DNA of 55,434 bases. Source: Bacillota bacterium (GTDB lineage Bacteria; Bacillota; DTU014). Below are positions 44,548 through 52,798 of this stretch, piece by piece (position 1 is the stretch's first letter; the number at the start of each line of letters is the position of its first letter). The notes under the pieces are model-generated. The model worked only from the letters and a program-made list of their open reading frames with translations. It made no database searches and was not told the DNA's origin. The stretch spans positions 1 through 55,434 of the forward strand of contig JAAYAB010000052.1 of the NCBI GenBank assembly GCA_012719595.1. The letters run 5' to 3'. The translations under genes were made by a program, and so were the position numbers.

Positions 44548-44817
44548 TCACTCACTTGTGCCCAGATAGCTTCTTACCAGTTCCTCCAGGACTTCGTCGC
44601 GCTCAACCTGACGGATCAGGTTTCGGGCATTCTGATGGCTGGTGATATAGGTGGGGTCTCCCGAAAGCAGGTATCCGACGAGCTGGTTGACTGGATCGTA
44701 GCCTCTTTCCTTCAGAGCTTCATAGACCTTGGTGAGCACATCCTTGATGCTCTCCTCTTCATCTGCTCCGACCTTGAACCTCAGCGTCTCGTCTCCGGCA
44801 CCCGGCATCACTACCAC
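44548..44817 (-). CDS. ireB: IreB-family regulatory phosphoprotein (UPF0297 / YrzL)
   Basis: 89 aa with motifs [31 protein letters not shown] and ARNLIR. Position directly after alaS. Confidence 0.85.
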   Translation of the reverse strand: MVVMPGAGDETLRFKVGADEEESIKDVLTKVYEALKERGYDPVNQLVGYLLSGDPTYITSHQNARNLIRQVERDEVLEELVRSYLGTSE

Positions 44818-44892
44818 GCCCCCAACCAGATATACTTGCCAGCAGCCACTATAGACATTCTGCCCGAGGCCGCCTCTTCCTTCTTTCTGCAG

Positions 44893-47541
44893 TTAAGACA
44901 TTCTATTCATGGTGGCCAGGATATATTCGCGGCCAGCCTGGAGTGCATCTTGCTCACGACCAGGATCTCTGCCTCCCGCCTGAGCCAAATCAGGCCGTCC
45001 GCCACCCCCGCCGCCCGCGACACGAGCCGCTGCGTTGACTATCTCCACCGCACTGACTCCCTTGCCCGCAAGGTCCTTTGTGACCATGCAGGTGAATGCG
45101 AGCTTGCCGCCTGAAGATGACGACAGCAGCACGACTCCTGACGCTATCTTCTCCCTGATCTCATCGCATATGGTGCGAAGCTGCTGGTGGTCGGCACCCT
45201 CAACGGCTGCGACTATCACCTTGGATTCGCCTACGCTGACTGCGTTGTTCACCAACGCCGTGACTCGATCGGAGGTCGCCTTCGCTCTGAGCGCTTCGAG
45301 TTCGTCCTGCAGAGAACGGAGATCCGACAGCAGTTTCTCCACCCTCGCAGGGGCTTCGTCTATGGACGACTTCAGGAGATCGGCGATCGCCCGCAGTTTC
45401 CTCTCGAGTTCCAAGGCGCGTTTCTGAGCGCCTCTGCCCGTGACTGCCTCGATTCGCCGCACGCCCGCGGCTATGCTGCTCTCGCCTACGATCTTGAAAG
45501 TGCCTATCTGCCCTGTGCTCCTGACATGAGTGCCTCCGCAGAGCTCCTTGCTGAACTCCCCAACCGAAACCATTCTCACGGTCTCGCCGTATTTCTCACC
45601 AAAGAGCGCTACGGCTCCGCTCTTCATGGCCGAATCGAGAGTCGTCTCAGACACCTCAACCGGGATATCCTCCAGAATCCGCTCGTTGACGATGCGCTCG
45701 ACTTCAGAGAGCTGCTCCGGAGTCACCTGCTGAAGGTGAGTGAAGTCAAACCTGAGCCGGTCCGGTCCGACGAGAGACCCCGCCTGAGCCACATGATCCC
45801 CGAGAACCTGCTTGAGCGCCCGGTGCAGCAGGTGCGTCGCAGTGTGATTCCGTGCGATATCGCCGCGGCGGTCAGCATCTATGAAGGCCCTACACTGCTG
45901 GCCTTCCTCTATGTGCCCCTCAACCACCTCTACGCGGTGACTCACTGCATCTGAAGACGGCTTCACCGTATCCAGCACCCGCGCCGTCCCGGTAGGGGTC
46001 TTGAGAACGCCAATGTCGCCGACCTGCCCGCCGCTCTCGCCGTAGAACGGGGTCACGTCGAGGATCGCCTCGCCCGACTGCCCGCTCCGCAGCTCCGGCA
46101 CAGTCTTCTCTCCGTCAATCAGTCTCAGGACTCTCGCATTCTCGCAGCGCGGGCTTTCGTAGCCTACGAACCTCACCGAGGTGCCTGCGAGCGCCTTCGC
46201 GTACTTCGCAGACACTTTTCCAGCGTACCCGACTGCGCCTCTCGCCTGCCTTGCCCTGTCTCTTTGCTGGTCCATCAGGGTGGCAAAGCCGTCCTTGTCC
46301 ACGGTCATCCCGTTTTCCGACGCGATCTCCTCGGTCAGTTCCAACGGAAATCCGTAAGTGTCATAGAGCCGGAAAGCAACGTCTCCGGACAGCTCTCGAG
46401 CCCCGCCCTTTCTAAGCGCCGCTATCTCATTCCGCAGAATCGCCATGCCCGAGTCAAGAGTGTCATTGAACCGGTCTTCTTCGGCTCTGATCACGCTGAG
46501 GACATACTCTCTACGCTCTCTGAGATCCGTGTAGACGTCTCCCATGAGATCGATTGCCACGCTGGAGACGCCCGGCAGGAATCCCTGATCCAGCCCTATC
46601 TTGCGCCCGAACCGGATGGCTCTGCGCAGGAGCCTCCTCATGACGTAGCCTCGGCCTTCGTTCCCAGGCACTACCCCATCAGCTGCCATGAAAGTGACGC
46701 TTCTCGCGTGATCGGTGATCACCCGGATCGCCCAGTCGTTCTCGTCACTCTCGCCGTAGCGGAGTCCGCTGAGCGACTCAATGTGCTCTATCACCGGCTT
46801 GATTATATCGATCTCCTGGATCGTATCGACTCCCTGCAAAATAGCGGCGGCCCGCTCCAGCCCAAGGCCTGTGTCTATCGATTTCTGCGTCAGAGGCGTG
46901 TAGTTGCCCTGCTCGTCTTTGTAGAACTGAATGAAAACCAGGTTCCAGATCTCAATGAACCTGTCGCAATCGCATCCGATCTTGCAGTCGGGCGAGCCGC
47001 ATCCCTTGTCCTCTCCCCGGTCAAGGATTATCTCTGAGCATGGGCCGCAAGGACCCGGGCCGCCCGGGACCTCCCAGAAATTGTCCTCCTTGCCGAAGCG
47101 GACCAGCCTTGACTCCGGAATCCCCACCACGTCCCGCCAGATGTTATACGCTTCATCGTCGTCGAGATAGACAGACGCGTACATTCGGTCCTCCGGGAGG
47201 TGCAGAACCGTGGTCAGGTATTCCCATGCCCACGGGATGACTTCCTGTTTGAAGTAGTCTCCAAACGAGAAGTTGCCGAGCATTTCAAAGAACGTCCCGT
47301 GTCTGGACGTCTTGCCTACGTTCTCTATGTCGGGCGTGCGGATGCACTTCTGACATGTCGTTATTCGCTTTCTCGGAGGGTTCTCAGTGCCCATGAAGTA
47401 GGACTTGAACGGGACCATGCCAGCCCCTACGAGCAAGAGAGTGGGATCATTCTGAGGTATCAATGAGGCGCTGGGGAGTCTCAAGTGTCCCTTGGATTCG
47501 AAGAAACGAAGGAAACTCTCGCGCAGTTCCTTTGATGTCAT
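44893..47541 (-). CDS. alaS: alanine--tRNA ligase
   Basis: 882 aa. Motifs FLRFFESKGH, FEMLGNFSFGDYFK and the editing-domain HTATHLLH, plus a C-terminal DHHA1-type GGGGGRPDLAQAGG. Confidence 0.97.
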   Translation of the reverse strand: MTSKELRESFLRFFESKGHLRLPSASLIPQNDPTLLLVGAGMVPFKSYFMGTENPPRKRITTCQKCIRTPDIENVGKTSRHGTFFEMLGNFSFGDYFKQEVIPWAWEYLTTVLHLPEDRMYASVYLDDDEAYNIWRDVVGIPESRLVRFGKEDNFWEVPGGPGPCGPCSEIILDRGEDKGCGSPDCKIGCDCDRFIEIWNLVFIQFYKDEQGNYTPLTQKSIDTGLGLERAAAILQGVDTIQEIDIIKPVIEHIESLSGLRYGESDENDWAIRVITDHARSVTFMAADGVVPGNEGRGYVMRRLLRRAIRFGRKIGLDQGFLPGVSSVAIDLMGDVYTDLRERREYVLSVIRAEEDRFNDTLDSGMAILRNEIAALRKGGARELSGDVAFRLYDTYGFPLELTEEIASENGMTVDKDGFATLMDQQRDRARQARGAVGYAGKVSAKYAKALAGTSVRFVGYESPRCENARVLRLIDGEKTVPELRSGQSGEAILDVTPFYGESGGQVGDIGVLKTPTGTARVLDTVKPSSDAVSHRVEVVEGHIEEGQQCRAFIDADRRGDIARNHTATHLLHRALKQVLGDHVAQAGSLVGPDRLRFDFTHLQQVTPEQLSEVERIVNERILEDIPVEVSETTLDSAMKSGAVALFGEKYGETVRMVSVGEFSKELCGGTHVRSTGQIGTFKIVGESSIAAGVRRIEAVTGRGAQKRALELERKLRAIADLLKSSIDEAPARVEKLLSDLRSLQDELEALRAKATSDRVTALVNNAVSVGESKVIVAAVEGADHQQLRTICDEIREKIASGVVLLSSSSGGKLAFTCMVTKDLAGKGVSAVEIVNAAARVAGGGGGGRPDLAQAGGRDPGREQDALQAGREYILATMNRMS

Positions 47542-47624
47542 AGTAGTCCTCCTGACGCAGTTCCGTGCGGTCAGACAAGGAAAGCGACAGGACGTTCCCA
47601 GCCTGCCGCACTCAGGCTAACCTT

Positions 47625-47653
47625 ATCATACTGGTGGCCTCAGGGGTTGTCAA
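47625..47653 (-). promoter_or_regulatory. sigma-A-type promoter for alaS
   Basis: Minus strand reads TTGACA (47653-47648), an exact 17-nt spacer, then TATGAT (47630-47625). It sits ~80 nt upstream of the alaS ATG. Confidence 0.6.
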
Positions 47654-47690
47654 CAAGCGCCACTGCGGGCAAAGACCGGCTAAAGATGCG

Positions 47691-48716
47691 TCATTGCTCA
47701 ACCAATCGGGTCCACGTGTAGCGCAACAGAACCCTGAGGACGCCTGCAAGGGGGACGGCCACAATCATCCCGAGCAGTCCCCAGACATAGGCTCCCGCCA
47801 GCAGCGAAAGGATCACGACGAGAGGATGGAGTCCTACGTACCCCGACACGATCCTCGGAGACAGGACGGCACTCTCTATCTGGTTTGCGACCGCGAACAC
47901 GGCGGCGACATAGAGCACGTGCAAAGGCGACTTGAGGACCGCGACCATCAGAGCAGGAATAGCCCCCAGCAGCGGACCGAAGTACGGGATCAGATCCAGT
48001 ATTCCAGCAGCAGTCCCGATCAAGAACGCAAACTCGATTCCCGTCAGCCAAAGGCCTACGCTGATCATCACAGCCATGATGAGGGCGACGAGCAGTTGGC
48101 CTCTGACAAACCCGCCGATAACTGCGTCCATCTCGCCTATCAGGTTTGAGGCTTCCTCGCGGCTGCGAGCCGGGATCCACGACATTACCTTTCTGAGGAT
48201 CAGATCCTTGTCTCTTGCGAAGTAGAAGGCGAGTATAGGTCCAAGAACGATGTTTGGGAGCTGGTAGAGCACACCGACAAGACCGTTGATGATTTCGGAT
48301 ACGGCCGACGCCAGCATGCCCTCCCAGCGCTCGACAGCGCTGTCGAGGGCGTCTCTGACCTGGTATGGCAGCGGCACACTGTGGAACCTGCTGTACAGAT
48401 CGGTGATGAGTGACTCAATCTTACGAATCCGGACTGGCAAGTCCACTGTCATTGTCTCGAGCTGGCGGATAGTGATGGGAAACAGATATACCGAGACGAG
48501 TCCGAGCAGCACAATGACGATCAGGTACACGATGGCGATACCTGCGACTCTAGGAGCACCACGCCGCTCGAGCGAATCAACGAGCGGGTTGAGTATGTAG
48601 GCGATGACGACTCCTATGAAAAACGGAGCCAGCACGCCTCTGATCCGGTACAGCGCGAGAACAGAGCCTATGACCAGGACGGCTAGAAGTCCCAGTCTGT
48701 CGGCTCGTGTTCTCAT
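47691..48716 (-). CDS. AI-2E family transporter (PerM/YrrI-like permease)
   Basis: 341-aa polytopic protein with the typical PFFIGVVIAYILNPLV and GLHPLVVILSLLAG segments. Confidence 0.85.
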   Translation of the reverse strand: MRTRADRLGLLAVLVIGSVLALYRIRGVLAPFFIGVVIAYILNPLVDSLERRGAPRVAGIAIVYLIVIVLLGLVSVYLFPITIRQLETMTVDLPVRIRKIESLITDLYSRFHSVPLPYQVRDALDSAVERWEGMLASAVSEIINGLVGVLYQLPNIVLGPILAFYFARDKDLILRKVMSWIPARSREEASNLIGEMDAVIGGFVRGQLLVALIMAVMISVGLWLTGIEFAFLIGTAAGILDLIPYFGPLLGAIPALMVAVLKSPLHVLYVAAVFAVANQIESAVLSPRIVSGYVGLHPLVVILSLLAGAYVWGLLGMIVAVPLAGVLRVLLRYTWTRLVEQ

Positions 48717-48742
48717 ACTAGCACAGCCCTCCGATGCCAGCG

Positions 48743-48985
48743 CTACTCCCTGGTGCCCATTCTGGCGTTGAGCGTCCGAGCCCTGAGGCTCAGATCATCC
48801 ATCTTCTCCACTGCTTTCGATGCAAGACCTGACACAGTCTCCGACACTGTGCTCCTTCGGGCACGCTCATCGTGCGGTGCAAGAACCGAACGCCTGCCGT
48901 TGTCCATCATCTTGTTCACCATATAGCCGCCTAGCATGGCTCCTATTGCGCTGCCTGTCAAGAACATCTTCCACTGGCCTCTCAT
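48743..48985 (-). CDS. small membrane-associated protein (YtxH-like, tentative)
   Basis: 80 aa from ATG 48985: MRGQWKMFLTGSAIGAMLGGYMV, then a charged helical tail. The longer ORF to 49102 would overlap the upstream gene. Confidence 0.4.
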   Translation of the reverse strand: MRGQWKMFLTGSAIGAMLGGYMVNKMMDNGRRSVLAPHDERARRSTVSETVSGLASKAVEKMDDLSLRARTLNARMGTRE

Positions 48986-49029
48986 TGTCAGCACACCGCT
49001 CCTCACTTGATCTTCCCCGTGCCCCGGGT

Positions 49030-49527
49030 TCAGCTTCTCGTGTCCTGCCGCTGCACGGCATCGTCTGCAAGCGTGATGACAAGACCGTTGAAGCTGGTGC
49101 ACTCCGGTCGAACAACTCGTGTCCTTCCTTTAGTAATGTCCTCGATAATCCCCTCTGATACCTCGAACTCCAGCACTTGCCCTGTGTTCTCATCCAGGAA
49201 AAGATCGGATAGGCTTCCGACCACACTCCCGTCGCGGGTTCGAATGACAGTCGATACGACTGACTGAAGACCGATCCCGTCGACCTCCGACTCCTTGGCA
49301 GCCCCGAGCACCGCCTCGTCGCGTATGGTCACCGACGAGCTTGTCAGACTGAACAACTCACTGAACCTGACAAAGCGCGACGACGCAAGCAACCGCCGAA
49401 GGCCGACGACAAGCCCGACCACGCTGCGCAGGTCCAGACTCAGCCAGACCTCTTTCGTGATGCCGATCTTGGTCTCTCTCTCCAGGCTGATAACCGGGAG
49501 TCCAATGAGACGTGATGCCCTGACCAC
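49030..49527 (-). CDS. PRC-barrel domain protein (two PRC-like repeats)
   Basis: 165 aa. Segments LIGLPVISLERETKIGITKEVWL and VIRTRDGSVVGSLSDLFLDENTGQVLEFEV resemble YlmC/YmxH-type PRC barrels. GTG start sits 7 nt after AAGGAGGA. Confidence 0.7.
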   Translation of the reverse strand: MVRASRLIGLPVISLERETKIGITKEVWLSLDLRSVVGLVVGLRRLLASSRFVRFSELFSLTSSSVTIRDEAVLGAAKESEVDGIGLQSVVSTVIRTRDGSVVGSLSDLFLDENTGQVLEFEVSEGIIEDITKGRTRVVRPECTSFNGLVITLADDAVQRQDTRS

Positions 49528-49580
49528 GGGCTCGTCCTCCTTAGCGACAATCGCTTGTTGCGACAGTCTCGTGAAACGAC

Positions 49581-49628
49581 AGCCTCCTGAAGCGGCAGCC
49601 TCCTAGGGCCACAACCTCCTGAGCGGTG
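49581..49628. repeat. three imperfect 16-nt tandem repeats, each carrying an SD-like AGGAGG on the minus strand
   Basis: The units are agcctcctgaagcggc, agcctcctagggccac and aacctcctgagcggtg. CCTCCT recurs at exactly 16-nt intervals (49583, 49599, 49615), upstream of the PRC-barrel gene. Confidence 0.85.
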
Positions 49629-49684
49629 AAGCGCTCGGCGCATGAGTAGTATCGCCTTGACCTCGGAAGACAATGCGAGCGAGC

Positions 49685-49713
49685 TTGACGGGTCAATCCG
49701 CCTGACGTACAAT
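49685..49713 (+). promoter_or_regulatory. sigma-A-type promoter for mtlD
   Basis: TTGACG (49685-49690), 17-nt spacer, TACAAT (49708-49713). It sits 45 nt upstream of the GTG start. Confidence 0.6.
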
Positions 49714-49757
49714 GAGTCAAGACTTAGGTTTGTAGGCACAAGCTGGGGTGACAGAGT

Positions 49758-50948
49758 GTGCAGATAGCGGTCGTCTTCGGTGCGGGCAACATAGGCAGAG
49801 GGTTCATAGGGCAGCTCCTCTCGGAGTCCGGATTCGAGACAATATTCGTGGACGTGGTACAGGATCTCGTCAGCGAGCTGAATCGCAGAGGAAGCTACCC
49901 GATACGCATAGTGACGAATGAGCAGGAAACCGAGATCGTGGTCAACTCCGTGCGGGCGATCAGCGCCGAGGACACAAAGGCGGTCGCAGCGGCAGTTTCA
50001 GAGTCCAGCATAGTATTCACTGCCGTCGGCGGCTCGTCTCTCAGGCACATAGCCCGTCCGCTCGCTCACGCGTTCGAGCTCCGAAGGCGGACCGGCGGTG
50101 GGCCGCTCAACGTCATCATCTGCGAGAACATGGTCGGTGCGGACGACCACTTGAGGTCATTGGTCCTTGCTGAGTCCCCCACCGATGAGACTCGCTCGTT
50201 CGTGACGAAGCACGTCGGCTTCGTGATGGCGTCTGTGGGGAGAATGGTGCCTGTTGCAGGTGAGCAAGAGAGGCAAGGAGACCGCCTCAGACTGCTTGTG
50301 GAGCCGTACTGTGTACTTCCAGTGGACGCCGACGCAGTCGTCGGGTCAATCCCGGCCATAAGAGGGGTCGAGCCCGTACGGCCGTTCGCCTGTCAAACAC
50401 ACCTCAAACTCTACTGCCACAATTGCGGCCATGCAATTGCTGCCTATCTGGGCTATCTGAGGGGCTATAGGTTCATCTACGAGTGCATGAGCGATCAGGA
50501 ACTCAAGTCTGCTGTGTCAGCCGCTCTAGAGGAGTCCGCGAAGGCGCTGTCGTCTCATCACGGAGTGAGCATTGAGAAGATCCGAGCACACATTGACGAT
50601 CTGATGGTCAGATTCGCCAACCGCCGTTTGTCAGATACAGTTGAACGCGTAGGGAAAGACCCGATCAGGAAACTTGGGCCGAATGACAGGCTCGTCGGCG
50701 CAGCTCGGCTGGCCGAGGCTCATGGCATTGAGCCACAAGGTCTTGCCCTTGGGATCGCCGCAGCTCTCAGTTTCGATCCCGAGTCAGATCCTCGAGCTGT
50801 CGAGTTGCGCGACATGATACGGACAAAGGGACTTGAGGGCACCCTCGAGGCCGTGGCGGGGATACGGCCGGGTGAGCGCCTGTATGACCTGGTCGTACAA
50901 CAGTACAGTCGGCTGCCTGTCTGGCACACTACAGCGGCGTCGCAGTGA
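49758..50948 (+). CDS. mtlD: mannitol-1-phosphate 5-dehydrogenase
   Basis: N-terminus VVFGAGNIGRGFIGQLL, motifs ICENMV, HVGFV and ERVGKDPIRKLGPNDRL. Colinear with E. coli MtlD as I recall it. GTG start sits 6 nt after GGGGTGA. Confidence 0.88.
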   Translation: MQIAVVFGAGNIGRGFIGQLLSESGFETIFVDVVQDLVSELNRRGSYPIRIVTNEQETEIVVNSVRAISAEDTKAVAAAVSESSIVFTAVGGSSLRHIARPLAHAFELRRRTGGGPLNVIICENMVGADDHLRSLVLAESPTDETRSFVTKHVGFVMASVGRMVPVAGEQERQGDRLRLLVEPYCVLPVDADAVVGSIPAIRGVEPVRPFACQTHLKLYCHNCGHAIAAYLGYLRGYRFIYECMSDQELKSAVSAALEESAKALSSHHGVSIEKIRAHIDDLMVRFANRRLSDTVERVGKDPIRKLGPNDRLVGAARLAEAHGIEPQGLALGIAAALSFDPESDPRAVELRDMIRTKGLEGTLEAVAGIRPGERLYDLVVQQYSRLPVWHTTAASQ

Positions 50949-51783
50949 GCTTCCTGCCCTCGAAGACGGCGATCTCCCTATAGCCTGCCTCCCGAACCAA
51001 GGCGAGACTCCGTTGAAACTCCCTGCCCACTTCCTCCGCGCTGTGTGCGTCTGAGGACAGCACGAACGGCACCCCGAAGTCATGCATCGTCTGAACGAAC
51101 TCGCGCGACGGATATATCTCCCCGACAGGCTTGAACAGGCCGGCGGTGCTCACCTCGTAGGCCACACTCGACTTTCGCATCGCCACAGCCAACCGCTCGT
51201 AGCAGGGGCGCATATCGCGGCTCGGAACGTGTCCGAACTTCTTGACCAGATCCGGATGTCCGATGCAGTCAAACAGCCCTGACTCTACTGCCTCCAGCAC
51301 CGTATTGCAGTACTGCTCGAACACGTCATCTACTGACTTGTGGGGCCAGCCGATCTCGCGGGAGTAGTCCACCGCCCAGGCACCGACGAAGTGAACAGAG
51401 CCCAAAACGTAGTCGAAATCATAGTCTGCAAGTATCTCGCCTATCCTGTGTGCCTCGGTTGGTATGAAGTCCACCTCTATGGACACCTTGATCGGATAGC
51501 CCAATTCCTTCGCCTTGTGCAGAAACTGCACATAGTCGTCGAGATCCTCTGTGCACGTCTCGCGGATCCACTGGTCGACCGCGGGCACTGATTCCTCCTT
51601 GCCCATCACCGGTTCAAACACCGGCATGAACTGACGAAACCTGTTGCAATGCTCCGTTATTCCGATCTCCTGTACTCCTGCAAGCGTTGCCTGACGGATG
51701 TAGTCGTCGAGATTCTCCAGATTGTACTTACAACGCCCGACATGTCTGTCGGGCTGTAGATGGATGTGATAGTCTACAATCAA
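50929..51783 (-). CDS. PHP-family histidinol-phosphatase (HisJ/HisK type)
   Basis: Motifs DYHIH, ITEH, LGSVH, IGHPDL and SSDAH. TTG start sits 8 nt after GGAGG. The 3' end converges on and overlaps mtlD by 20 nt. Confidence 0.85.
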   Translation of the reverse strand: MIVDYHIHLQPDRHVGRCKYNLENLDDYIRQATLAGVQEIGITEHCNRFRQFMPVFEPVMGKEESVPAVDQWIRETCTEDLDDYVQFLHKAKELGYPIKVSIEVDFIPTEAHRIGEILADYDFDYVLGSVHFVGAWAVDYSREIGWPHKSVDDVFEQYCNTVLEAVESGLFDCIGHPDLVKKFGHVPSRDMRPCYERLAVAMRKSSVAYEVSTAGLFKPVGEIYPSREFVQTMHDFGVPFVLSSDAHSAEEVGREFQRSLALVREAGYREIAVFEGRKLTATPL

Positions 51784-51853
51784 ACTGGCAGCCTCCGATT
51801 CTCAAACCTCTGATGCTCACAATGTCGGCGCTCACAGCGCTGCAATAAGCAAT

Positions 51854-52435
51854 CTATAGGAGTTCTTCTCTGGTGATTGCGTATATGTAGTGGTCCTCCC
51901 ACTTGCCCTGGATCTCGAGATACCGAAGCGAGAGCCCCTCGCGTCTGAAACCGCACTTCTCGAGGACTCTTTGAGACGCAATATTGCACGGCATCACTGA
52001 CGCTTCCACCCTGTGGAGTCCCGCCTGCGTCATCGCAAACCTGGCCACATGTCCGACTGCCCAAGTAGCCAGGCCTCTACCTGTGAACTCACGGTCTATG
52101 AAATAGCCGATGAAGCAGCTCTGAAATGCCCCTCGGAAGATGCCTGACAGAGCCACGCGGCCTATGATCTTGTCGTCGTCTGTCACCACGGCGAACATGT
52201 AGCCGGTACCACGCGAGAAGGATTCCACAGCCTCCCTGAGTACGGCCCGCTGATAGGCCTCAGTGTAGTAGCTCGGAGCCCTCCTGGGCTCATAGGGTTC
52301 CAGGTGGTGCCTGTTCTCCCGGAGCAAAGCGGCGAACTCACGAGCGTCACTCACCCTCACAGGACGGATGTACACTCCATCCCCCTTTGCGAGGAACTGC
52401 TCTGTCCTCCGAATGATCTCAGGCCACCTCACCAC
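51854..52435 (-). CDS. GNAT-family N-acetyltransferase (RimJ/RimL-like)
   Basis: 193 aa with the acetyl-CoA motif GRGLATWAV and the HRVEASVMPCNIASQRVLEKCGFRREG signature. Confidence 0.85.
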   Translation of the reverse strand: MVRWPEIIRRTEQFLAKGDGVYIRPVRVSDAREFAALLRENRHHLEPYEPRRAPSYYTEAYQRAVLREAVESFSRGTGYMFAVVTDDDKIIGRVALSGIFRGAFQSCFIGYFIDREFTGRGLATWAVGHVARFAMTQAGLHRVEASVMPCNIASQRVLEKCGFRREGLSLRYLEIQGKWEDHYIYAITREELL

Positions 52436-52798
52436 ACATCCCCCTCAATCAGCCACTGCCGACTGCGCGGCTCAGAAGAATCGCCCGGCAGCACCCGAAT
52501 GTTTTCTCCGATCATCTGCTCACATCCTCCCTGCGGACAAGGATTGATCGGGCCAAAAACGCCATTGTACCGATCGCGCGGTTGTGTTTTGCTTACCACG
52601 GACAACATAGGAATATGTTGAAGAAGGTTTTCACTGTGAAATCGAGAATTGTCTCAGTCGGACAGCACGAGCTTGTCTCATCTGAATGTGCACAGGCTCG
52701 GCTTTGTGCTGTATCTTGCTTGAAATGCGAAGACCTCAGCCAGACATATGCTCGCATGTAACTTGCTTACGCAAGGTCGAAAGCTGGTGCGGCAACCG

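Noticed and set aside
47542-47690. A T-box riboswitch upstream of alaS.
   Set aside because: Only ~150 nt are available, and ~75 nt after the promoter. I see no specifier-loop/T-box (GGUGGNACCGCG-like) sequence and no terminator/antiterminator pair.
49540-49620. A 23-codon ORF (GTG...TAA; MALGGCRFRRLSFHETVATSDCR) in the PRC-barrel leader, and the 99-aa ORF at 49440-49739.
   Set aside because: The GTG is only 2 nt from the SD-like motif. The 99-aa ORF overlaps the PRC-barrel start and has an Arg/Ser-rich composition. There is no independent support for either.
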